NCBI GenBank assembly: GCA_016218805.1
Contig: JACRCW010000170.1
Location: 1-35,921, forward strand
Source: Deltaproteobacteria bacterium
Lineage (GTDB): Bacteria; Myxococcota; JACRCW01
Reading direction: 5' to 3'
DNA length: 35,921 nt
Within the stretch, counting starts at the first letter, position 1. Every line of letters begins with the position of its first letter. A model generated the notes under the pieces. It made no database searches, had not been told where the DNA came from, and saw only the letters and a list, made by a program, of their open reading frames with translations. The translations under genes were made by a program, and so were the position numbers. Positions 8,986-16,563 of this stretch are shown in pieces.

Positions 8986-9726
8986 TTATCGGCTGCCCAG
9001 CGGGGAGGCAAGGGTTGCTGCAGTGCCGTCTTGAGCCAGAAGAACCCCATGATGTCGGAGGAACGCCAGCGCCAACCCGGAGAATCTCCGTTGAGGATGA
9101 GCGTGGTCACATAGCTCCTTTTCCCGCCGGCGGCGCTCACTTGGCCTCGCCACCTTCCAGCGCAGCAGAGCCGGTTCAAGCACATCGCTCACGTGTTCCT
9201 GTCGCAACAGGTTCAAGTCATCCCGGTCAAGCTGGCATGCCTTGATCGTTGCTTTGCCGCGGGGCGAAAGCCCGACTATCAACCATCGCCCGCCGACCTG
9301 GCGGAAGGTCACATGGTCTTCTGGCAGCGCGCCCTCCAAACCGTCCGGGCAGATGATGAGCGCGGCTTCCTGGCGCCACGCGGATCGGAACCAGGGCAGT
9401 CTTCGCTTGGCGAGACGTCTGCCGCTGACGGGGAAGTTGTCGCCCTTCCCGCGGTTGCAGTTCGCGCATGAGAAGAACAGGTTCTTCAGCTCGTACGCCA
9501 ACCACCAGTACGTAGACTTGGGCCGAAAATGCTCGACGTCGTTGTACCGCTCCTCCACGCGCGACTCGCAGTAGCAGCACTTGCGCCCTTGCGCCTCGTA
9601 AAGGCCACCCTTCACTTCCGACCAGATGTTGGGCAGGAACTTTGATGGTCCACGCAGCCGGCGCGACGCCTGGGTAGCCCGTTTCTCCCAGTCCCTGGCC
9701 GCGCTGGCCTTACTGACCCGCCGCAA
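8986..9726 (-). CDS. HNH endonuclease, TIGR02646/PtuB-like
   Basis: KCCYCES...DVEHFRPKSTYWWLAYELKNLFFSCANCNRGKGDNFP followed by RGKATI..CQLDR..L. TTG start lies 1 nt after the ATPase stop, with GAGGGG upstream. Confidence 0.85.
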   Translation of the reverse strand: MRRVSKASAARDWEKRATQASRRLRGPSKFLPNIWSEVKGGLYEAQGRKCCYCESRVEERYNDVEHFRPKSTYWWLAYELKNLFFSCANCNRGKGDNFPVSGRRLAKRRLPWFRSAWRQEAALIICPDGLEGALPEDHVTFRQVGGRWLIVGLSPRGKATIKACQLDRDDLNLLRQEHVSDVLEPALLRWKVARPSERRRREKELCDHAHPQRRFSGLALAFLRHHGVLLAQDGTAATLASPLGSR

Positions 9727-9727
9727 C

Positions 9728-10993
9728 TCAGACCCCTCTTGTCGTCAGGTACGGGCCGAGTTCCTCCTCCAGCGCTTCAAGCCTGGTGCGCCGTCCTGGC
9801 GGCAGGTCCTTTTCAACTGACAGGTCCAAGTACTCGTCCAGCTTCTTCCGGAGATCTACCCGGCCTGCATAGGGAATCCCAAAATAGCTGGTCAATAGTT
9901 CGGTTGTGTTCAGGAGCCCCGGCGGTCCAACGCGGGGAGCGACTGCCACGCCGTCCTTTCCAAGTTCGAGCCGGATGACCTCGTCCGCCTCCATGGACGC
10001 CACCAACAGGGGCGAATGGGTGGTGACGACGAACTGCACCTTCGGGAACAGCCTCCTCAGTATCGGAGCCACCGTGCGTTGCCACGCCGGATGGAGGTGC
10101 AGGTCCAACTCATCAATGAGCGCGATTCCCTCAATCTCGCGAGCAGGTCGGATCTCCCCTTTTTCAAGATAGGCATGCCCGAGCAGGTCCGCGATCCAGG
10201 CCAACATGGACTGGTAGCCATCCGACAGTGAGGTCGCTGGAAGCTTCATGGTCCGGCCACCCGCGGTGACGGTGAAGCGCCGCGTTTCGAGCAGGCGGCG
10301 GAGCGCTTTGACTCCGTCCCGGCCACGGATTTCCACATCCTCCAGGAAAGGGAACAGGCGCTCATCACCTGGGCCCGTGGCCAGCAATGCCTCTTTGAGG
10401 GCCTTGGAGAACGCCAGCGCGGCGCCCGACGAGTCCTCCAGCAGCGCTCCATAGAAGTCCGTGCCCAGGACCTTGTGGTGCTTGGAGAACAGTCCTTCAA
10501 CCCGGTCATGGGGGGGATTCCGGGGCAGCGCCACCTCGCCCGGCCGCGGAAGGAACCTGCCGACGCCGTAGCCCACCACAAAGAACCCGGGGAGGCGTTT
10601 CGCACGCAGGTCAATCAGCGGGGTGCCTGGGGAGGCCCGCTCCTCGAACGTGAACTCGTGAAACCCCGGTTTCACAGACACGGTTGGCGAGTAGCCTGGG
10701 CCCGTGACGGCTGGTGCGAAGTCCGCTTCCCACTGGGTGCGCTGGCCATTGACCTGGCCCGCGCGGGGTCTCCACTTCTTGGCCGGCACAAGGTTCTGCG
10801 CATCCTCTATGAGCGCCGCCCCCAATGTGGGGCCGGCCGCTGCCAGGGCAACCAACTGAAGAACCGTTGATTTGCAGCAGCCGTTTTCCGCCAGCAGGAC
10901 AGTCCACATCCGGGGCCCGCTCTCACGCATGAAGTCAAGCTGCATGCTCCGGATGAGGCGGACGCTCTGGATGTTGAGACGCTGGATGTACAT
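9728..10993 (-). CDS. ABC/AAA_21-type ATPase, Septu PtuA-like
   Basis: MYIQRLNIQSVR start, Walker A AENGCCKST, signature LSDGYQSMLAWIADL, Walker B/D-loop LIDELDLHLHPAWQR and H-loop TTHSP. Confidence 0.85.
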   Translation of the reverse strand: MYIQRLNIQSVRLIRSMQLDFMRESGPRMWTVLLAENGCCKSTVLQLVALAAAGPTLGAALIEDAQNLVPAKKWRPRAGQVNGQRTQWEADFAPAVTGPGYSPTVSVKPGFHEFTFEERASPGTPLIDLRAKRLPGFFVVGYGVGRFLPRPGEVALPRNPPHDRVEGLFSKHHKVLGTDFYGALLEDSSGAALAFSKALKEALLATGPGDERLFPFLEDVEIRGRDGVKALRRLLETRRFTVTAGGRTMKLPATSLSDGYQSMLAWIADLLGHAYLEKGEIRPAREIEGIALIDELDLHLHPAWQRTVAPILRRLFPKVQFVVTTHSPLLVASMEADEVIRLELGKDGVAVAPRVGPPGLLNTTELLTSYFGIPYAGRVDLRKKLDEYLDLSVEKDLPPGRRTRLEALEEELGPYLTTRGV

Positions 10994-11267
10994 GCGGCTC
11001 CGACGCTGGTTTTCCCGGGGGGGGCGGGAACCCTCCTCAGGCCCTTGCTAGCACAAAGGCGGGCGCCAGGGCGCCTGCATGGCCCGCGGAAGGCTCGCGC
11101 GGGGCGGCGGCATCCCGAGACGGGTGGAAGCGTGGGGAGGGCTCGTCAAGGCGGGAAGCGGACGGCGCGTCTTGCAGAGCCCGCGGGCGCGCTGAGCCCA
11201 GGGCTGGGTAGGGGGATGGTCAGTGAGTACACCAGGCAGCGGGCGGCAGGGCAGGGTGTTCAGCCCA

Positions 11268-11296
11268 GAAGGTGTCTCGTTTTGTGAGACACCTTC
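11268..11296. promoter_or_regulatory. Perfect 11-bp inverted repeat (operator or hairpin) in the divergent intergenic region
   Basis: GAAGGTGTCTC-gttttgt-GAGACACCTTC. Confidence 0.5.
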
Positions 11297-11524
11297 CGCG
11301 GCAGGAGGGGTGTCATCCCGCGCGGCACACGACCTTCGGTCACCAAACGGGACCTCGATTCTCATCAGGGTTGATCTCCTGCCGGCCTGGGCGCATGCGG
11401 GGATGTGTCCCGGTTCCTGGGAGGCATCCGCCCGCCTTTTGCTCCCGGGCCGTTTTCTGGAACGGCCAGCCAGATGGGAGGTAGCGTGCCCTTTGCGCGG
11501 CGTACCGCCGTGGAGGGTCTCACC

Positions 11525-13204
11525 GTGGCGGGACCGGGCAAGACCGACAAGCTGTCGCTGCGCATGGGCGCGGTGGGGCTGGGCCAGGCGGGCGGGAACC
11601 TGGCGCAGGAGTTCCACCGGCGGGGCTACCGCGCCTTGGCGGTGAACACGGCGTCCACGGACCTGCGCGCGCTGGGCGGGACGGACGGACTGCCCGAGGA
11701 GGCGCGGCTCTACATTGGCGTGGAGGGCAGCGACGGAGCCGGCAAGGACCCGGACTACGGGCGGGCGTGCCTGGAGCAGCACAAGGAGCGCGTGGTGGAG
11801 GAGGTTCGCGCGCGGATGGAAGGCGTGGATGTGGTGGTGTTGTGCGCCGGGCTGGGTGGCGGGACGGGGAGCTGCGTGGGGGACCTGCAGCGGATGTTGG
11901 AGCCCGCGGGGTTGCCGCTGGCCGCGCTGGTGACGCTTCCCTCCGCCAGCGAAAGCGCCGTGGTGAAAGTGAACGCGGTCAAGGCCGCGCAGGACGTGGT
12001 GGATGCGCGGCTCAACGCGCGCCTGGTTGTGGACAACGGGCGGCTGGCGGGGATGTACCCGGACGCGGACGTGCTGTCGTACTACCCCACGGCCAACCGG
12101 GCGGTGCTGGACCCGCTGGATGAGCTCAACCGCCTCAACAGCCGCGCGGACATCCGCAGCATCCGCAGCTTTGACGGCGAAGACTTCCGCAAGGTGTTCC
12201 TCTCCGGCGGCGTGGTGGTGCCGTGCGTGTCGCAGCTGGATGAGACGTCACTGAGCGCCAAGGCCATGGAGGCAGCCGTGCTGGGGGCGGTGGACGGCGG
12301 GCATGCGTTTGCGCCGGGGATGCCGCTGCAGAAGGTGTCCCTGCTGGCGGTGGTGCTGGTGGCTCCGGAAGAGGTGCTCAAGGAGACGCGCAACAAGGCG
12401 CTGGATGAGCTGGAGGGCAACCTCAAGTCCAAGACGGGCGGCGGCGCGGTCTACATGGGCGTGTACGCCACGCGCACCAAGGAGACCACGCTGTTGGTGA
12501 TGAGCGCGTCCCAGGCGCTGCCGCGCACGGTGGAGGAACTGCTGGCCAGCGCGCGCAAGGAAGGGCAGGTGCTCAGCACCAAGATCCATGAAGAGCTGCC
12601 CCCGCTGGACGTGTCCTCCGTGGCGGGGATGAACCTGTCACGCGCGCCGGCGCCGGCGCGGCTGTCCCGGCCGCCCTCCGCGTCCGGGCCCCCATCCCGC
12701 GCGCCGCGGCCCGTGTCCTCCCAGGTGCCGCCCCCGCGGCATGAAGCCGGCGCGTTCCAGGAGCCCATTGTCACGGACGCCACGCAGGACGCCGCGCTGC
12801 ACGCCGCGCGCGCCTCCGGCCCGCCGCGCCCGGCTCCGCGGCCCGCGCCCGCGGCGGGTGTGTCCACGCAGGTGCTGCCCGCGCCAGAGGAGGGCGAACT
12901 GGGCGCGCCCCCCCAGGGCGATGACCCCGACCAGCTGCAGAAGTTCTACGAGGACCTGGTGGAGCGCTTCCGCGGCGCGCCGGACCGCAAGGCGCGTGAG
13001 CGCGTGGCCCGCCGCCTCATTGAGGACAGCCGCTCTGATGACGAGGACCTCCGCGCGCTGAGCGTGTGGGCCATGGTGGCGCTCAATGAGCGCGGTTTCC
13101 GGCGGGCGCTGCTCAACGCCACCCGGGACAGTTCCGCCGAGGTGCGGCGCCTGGCGCAGGACGGCCTGCAGCGTCTGGGCGCCCCAGAGGGCGGTGACGA
13201 ATAG
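11525..13204 (+). CDS. Divergent tubulin/FtsZ-superfamily GTPase with Pro-rich linker and C-terminal HEAT-like domain
   Basis: GLGQAGGNLA, AVNT..TDL, GAGKDP, GLGGGTGS, TLP..SE, VVDN and T7-like FDGED motifs. C-terminal DEDLRALSVWAM...DSSAEVRRLAQDGL. GTG 11525 has GGAGGG 7 nt upstream; alternative starts are 11405 and 11474. Confidence 0.85.
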   Translation: MAGPGKTDKLSLRMGAVGLGQAGGNLAQEFHRRGYRALAVNTASTDLRALGGTDGLPEEARLYIGVEGSDGAGKDPDYGRACLEQHKERVVEEVRARMEGVDVVVLCAGLGGGTGSCVGDLQRMLEPAGLPLAALVTLPSASESAVVKVNAVKAAQDVVDARLNARLVVDNGRLAGMYPDADVLSYYPTANRAVLDPLDELNRLNSRADIRSIRSFDGEDFRKVFLSGGVVVPCVSQLDETSLSAKAMEAAVLGAVDGGHAFAPGMPLQKVSLLAVVLVAPEEVLKETRNKALDELEGNLKSKTGGGAVYMGVYATRTKETTLLVMSASQALPRTVEELLASARKEGQVLSTKIHEELPPLDVSSVAGMNLSRAPAPARLSRPPSASGPPSRAPRPVSSQVPPPRHEAGAFQEPIVTDATQDAALHAARASGPPRPAPRPAPAAGVSTQVLPAPEEGELGAPPQGDDPDQLQKFYEDLVERFRGAPDRKARERVARRLIEDSRSDDEDLRALSVWAMVALNERGFRRALLNATRDSSAEVRRLAQDGLQRLGAPEGGDE

Positions 13205-13301
13205 GGTGCGCACCGCAGACTCCCAATGGCGTTTGTGGGGTGGGAGTGGCGGTGGTACGAGCGAGCGGTCGCGGGGACGGGGCGGGAGCCTGGGAACGCA
13301 C

Positions 13302-14060
13302 GTGACCGCGCTGACGTTGTTTGACAATGGCCACCACCGCAACATCCTGCTGGAGGATTTCAGCGAGGACAGCGTGGTGCAGTCCAGCCAGCACCTCATC
13401 ATTGATGGCACCGACGCAATGATCCTGGACCCGGGCGGTCACCGCTTCTACCGCCAGGTGATGTCCGCCACCATGTCCGCGCTCAAGGGCGGCAAGCTCA
13501 CGCACATCTTCCTGTCCCACCAGGACCCGGACGTGGCCAGCGCCCTCAACGGGTGGCTGACCACCACCGAGGCCACCGCGTGGGCCTCCGTGCTGTGGAC
13601 GCGGTTCATGCCGCACTTTGGGATGGACCGCTTTGTGGCGCAGCGGCTCAAGGGCATCCCGGATGAGGGCATGCGCCTGATGCTGGGACAGTGTGAACTG
13701 TGCATCCTGCCGGCGCATTTCCTCCATTCGCCGGGCAACTTCCACGTCTATGACCCGGTGTCCCGGATTCTGTACTCCGGTGACCTGGGTGCCTCCCCAG
13801 GCGCGCAGGCCCGCGAGGTGGCGGACTTTGCCGCGCACGTGCCGCAGCTGGAGGCGTTCCACCGGCGGTACATGGCCTCACGCAAGGCGGCGCAGGCCTG
13901 GGTCCGCATGGTGCGCACGCTGCACGTGGAGGTGATGGCACCGCAGCACGGCGCGGTATTCCGCGGCCCCGCGCTGGTGGCGGAGTTCCTGGCCTGGTGT
14001 GAGGAGACCGACTGCGGCGTGGACCTCATTGCGGACACCTACCGGGTCCCAGCGAAGTGA
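13302..14060 (+). CDS. MBL-fold oxygen-binding di-iron protein (ODP/FprA N-terminal-like)
   Basis: ILDPGG, SHQDPDV, PAHFLHSPGNF, LYSGDLG, FHRRYM and APQHG motifs, with no flavodoxin domain. Start inferred at GTG 13302. Confidence 0.8.
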   Translation: MTALTLFDNGHHRNILLEDFSEDSVVQSSQHLIIDGTDAMILDPGGHRFYRQVMSATMSALKGGKLTHIFLSHQDPDVASALNGWLTTTEATAWASVLWTRFMPHFGMDRFVAQRLKGIPDEGMRLMLGQCELCILPAHFLHSPGNFHVYDPVSRILYSGDLGASPGAQAREVADFAAHVPQLEAFHRRYMASRKAAQAWVRMVRTLHVEVMAPQHGAVFRGPALVAEFLAWCEETDCGVDLIADTYRVPAK

Positions 14061-14174
14061 CCCGCGGCCCCGCAAGGGCAGATGACATGCGCGGGGCTTT
14101 GTGTTTAGGGTGCCGCCCCCCTCGGGCCCCCGCGCCGCGCGCGTGCGGGCTCCGGGTGTGCAGGAGGCTGTCGC

Positions 14175-15749
14175 ATGTTCACGGGCATGAGGGATACGGT
14201 CCACCAGGGACTGACCACGTTGATCTTCGGCGCCATCATTGTGGTGTTTGCGCTGAACTTCGGACCGGGGAGCGCGTCACAGTGCGGGACCGGGACGGAC
14301 CCGGTGGCCGCCCGCGTCAACGGGCGCAACATCTCTGAAGCGGAGTTCACCAAGGAGTACTCCAACCGCTTCCAGGAGATGACCATGTACCGGCCCGGGT
14401 ACACGGTGGACCAGGCCAAGGCGGAAGGGCTCAAGACCCAGGTGCTGGACGCCATGATTGGCCGTGAACTGCTGGCGCAGGAGGCCGAGCGCCGCGGTCT
14501 GGCGGTGGGCCCCGACGAGCTCAAGGAGCACATCCGGAAGATCCCGGGCTTCCAGACGGACGGCAAGTTCGATTTCACCAAGTACCGGCAATACACGCGC
14601 TACCAGTACATCACGGAGGCCAACTTTGAGCTGGAGTACGCGCGGCTGCTGCTCAGCCAGAAGATGCGCTCCGCCCTGGAGGACCTGGTCACCGTCTCCC
14701 CCGTGGAGGTGCGCGCCGAATACGACCGGCAGAACAACCGCGCGGACGTGGAGTTTGTGAAGTTTGATCCGGCCTTCTTCAAGAAGGACTACAAGGCGGA
14801 TGACGCGGCGGCGCAGAAGCTGCTCACCGACGACAAGAAAGCGGTGGAGGAGTACTTCACCACGCACGCGCAGCGCTACAACGAGCCGCGGCGCGTGCGC
14901 GCCCGTCACATCCTGGCCAAGGTGGGTGAAAACGCGCCCGAGGCGGAGGTGGCCAAGGCGCGCGCCAAGCTGGAGGCGGCCAAGGCGCGCCTGGACAAGG
15001 GTGAGGACTTTGCTGCGGTGGCCAAGGAAGTCAGCGAAGACAGCTCCGCGCCCAATGGCGGCGACCTGGGGATGCAGGGCCCCGGCGTGTGGGTGAAGCC
15101 GTTTGAGGACGAGGCCAACCGGCTCAAGGCGGGCGAGACCGGCGGCATCATCCGGTCGCGGTTCGGGTTCCACATCATCAAGGTGGAGGAGATCAAGGAC
15201 GCCACCAAGCGCGAGCTCAAGGACGTGGAGTCTGAGATCGCGAAGATCGTCGTTGAGGAGCGGGCGCTCAAGGCGCTGGCGCAGGCGGCGGCGGACAAGG
15301 CGGCGGCGGACCTCAAGGCGGGCAAGGCGCTGGAGGCGCAGTTTCCCGCGCCGGCCGAAGGCGTGAAGCCCGACGCGCTGGCCCCCAAGGTGGAAGTGAC
15401 CGGGTGGTTCAACAAGGGCAGCCGCTACGTGCCGCGCCTGGGTGTGGCGCCGGAGGTGGTGACGGCGGTGTTTGCGGTGGGCAAGCCCGGGCCGCTGGAC
15501 AAGGCGTATGACGTGAACGGCCGCTTCTACGTGGTCAACGTGCGGGAGCGCGAACAGGCGGACCCCAGCAAGTTTGACGAGGACAAAGAGCGCATTGAGG
15601 AGCAGCTGAAGACCGTCAACCGCGCGCGGGTGGTGCAGGACTTTGTGAAGGAGCAGCGGGATGCGTCCGGCACCGGCGTGAAGGTCAACCCGGTGGTGGT
15701 CAGCTACGAAGCGCGCCCCATGGGCCCCAATCCCATGGATGAGTTCTGA
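14175..15749 (+). CDS. ppiD: PpiD-like periplasmic foldase (SurA N-terminal domain plus parvulin PPIase)
   Basis: N-terminal TM, AARVNG..IS, FQTDGKFD, RARHIL, FAAVAKEVSEDSSAPNGGDLG and SRFGFHIIKV. Confidence 0.85.
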   Translation: MFTGMRDTVHQGLTTLIFGAIIVVFALNFGPGSASQCGTGTDPVAARVNGRNISEAEFTKEYSNRFQEMTMYRPGYTVDQAKAEGLKTQVLDAMIGRELLAQEAERRGLAVGPDELKEHIRKIPGFQTDGKFDFTKYRQYTRYQYITEANFELEYARLLLSQKMRSALEDLVTVSPVEVRAEYDRQNNRADVEFVKFDPAFFKKDYKADDAAAQKLLTDDKKAVEEYFTTHAQRYNEPRRVRARHILAKVGENAPEAEVAKARAKLEAAKARLDKGEDFAAVAKEVSEDSSAPNGGDLGMQGPGVWVKPFEDEANRLKAGETGGIIRSRFGFHIIKVEEIKDATKRELKDVESEIAKIVVEERALKALAQAAADKAAADLKAGKALEAQFPAPAEGVKPDALAPKVEVTGWFNKGSRYVPRLGVAPEVVTAVFAVGKPGPLDKAYDVNGRFYVVNVREREQADPSKFDEDKERIEEQLKTVNRARVVQDFVKEQRDASGTGVKVNPVVVSYEARPMGPNPMDEF

Positions 15750-15889
15750 CCCAAACGCGGTTTCGATTCTGCGCGTGGTTCGCGGACGGTTCCCCGCGTG
15801 GTCGTCGTAGCGCGGGGGCTTGTCCCCCGCCCGAATGAGACATGGGGCCGTTCAACCGCGCCGCCCCCTCCGGCACGACCCGGAAACTC

Positions 15890-15937
15890 CGGCGCCCCCC
15901 GCGGTCCAACTGGGACCACCGGGGGGCGCCGTCGTTT
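15890..15937. terminator. GC-rich hairpin, probable bidirectional terminator between convergent genes
   Basis: CGGCGCCCCCCG-CGGTCC...GGACC-ACCGGGGGGCGCCG with short T/A runs on the flanks. Confidence 0.55.
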
Positions 15938-15967
15938 GACTACCGTCCGCGCGCCAGGCGCGGGGGT

Positions 15968-16180
15968 TCACTTCTTGTCGCCGCCGCCACAGGACTTCTC
16001 GCCGCCACAGGACTTCTCGCCACCGCAGGACTTTTCGCCGCCCTTCTTGTCATCCTTCTTCTTCTTGTCATCCTTCTTGTCTTCCTTCTTCTCCGCCACG
16101 GAGGAGGGAGCCGCGGCGAGCGCGCCCACGGAAGAGAAGGCGAAACCCGCCACCAAGGCCACGACCAGCTTCTTGTTCAT
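15968..16180 (-). CDS. Small secreted Lys/Asp-rich peptide with 3x GGEKSC repeats, HvfA/oxazolin-like RiPP precursor candidate
   Basis: RBS GGAG, Sec signal MNKKLVVALVAGFAFSSVGALA, and three 18-bp repeats at 15983-16036 with synonymous differences. Confidence 0.75.
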   Translation of the reverse strand: MNKKLVVALVAGFAFSSVGALAAAPSSVAEKKEDKKDDKKKKDDKKGGEKSCGGEKSCGGEKSCGGGDKK

Positions 16181-16431
16181 TGTCTGTCTCCGCGTTCCCT
16201 GCCCGGGAACCCAAGGGTTGCCGGCACGGCCGGCAGCGTTGAGGTGGGCGGGCGCACCTACAGGGCCGCCCCCACCGCTGGAATGAGATGCAGACGGCGG
16301 CCGTGGGGTGCACGTGTTGCGCTCCCAGGGCCGCGGGATCCCACCGGGAGGGTGATCGTCAGGGGGCTAACGGACCCGGGGTTGCCGACGCGAATACGGA
16401 CAAAGACGCATGAAAACATTTTACTATTTTG

Positions 16432-16446
16432 AGGCACGCTTGTTGC
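16432..16446 (+). promoter_or_regulatory. Sigma-54 (-24/-12) promoter for the metalloprotease gene
   Basis: AGGCACG-CTTG-TTGC versus consensus TGGCACG-N4-TTGC, with exact GG-N10-GC spacing. An AT-rich tract lies immediately upstream. Confidence 0.65.
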
Positions 16447-16563
16447 GGTAGGGGCGTGTGGGAGATCCCTGCCCGTGGCCTTTGACAAGCCACACTCACC
16501 GGGGCAGGGTGTGCCACTTTTTTTCCGGCCGAATGACGGCCGGGGTGGCGAAGGAGAGGCCGG

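Larger units (their letters stand above)
7613..11400. other. Putative horizontally acquired defence islet between panC and the tubulin-like gene; boundaries approximate
   Basis: Visibly lower GC (line 9841 is 30/60 GC), more TCGA sites than the flanks, and defence-type genes. No integrase or att site seen. Confidence 0.55.

Noticed and set aside
8958..9185. N-terminal extension of the 340-aa ORF 8163..9185
   Set aside because: It overlaps the HNH gene, and the strong RBS supports ATG 8957.
8986..11400. Complete type I-A retron
   Set aside because: No reverse transcriptase ORF (no YADD-type motif) and no convincing msr-msd with a1/a2 repeats was seen.
8002..13204. TubZRC type III partition system (array as tubC, helical protein as TubR)
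   Set aside because: The array is over 3 kb from the tubulin gene with the ATPase-HNH genes between them. The helical protein is not a small wHTH, and the tubulin gene has a host-like signature unlike the islet.
11525..13204. Calling the gene ftsZ
   Set aside because: It lacks FtsZ-specific motifs (GGGGxN, NxDFAD, C-terminal conserved peptide) and dcw context.
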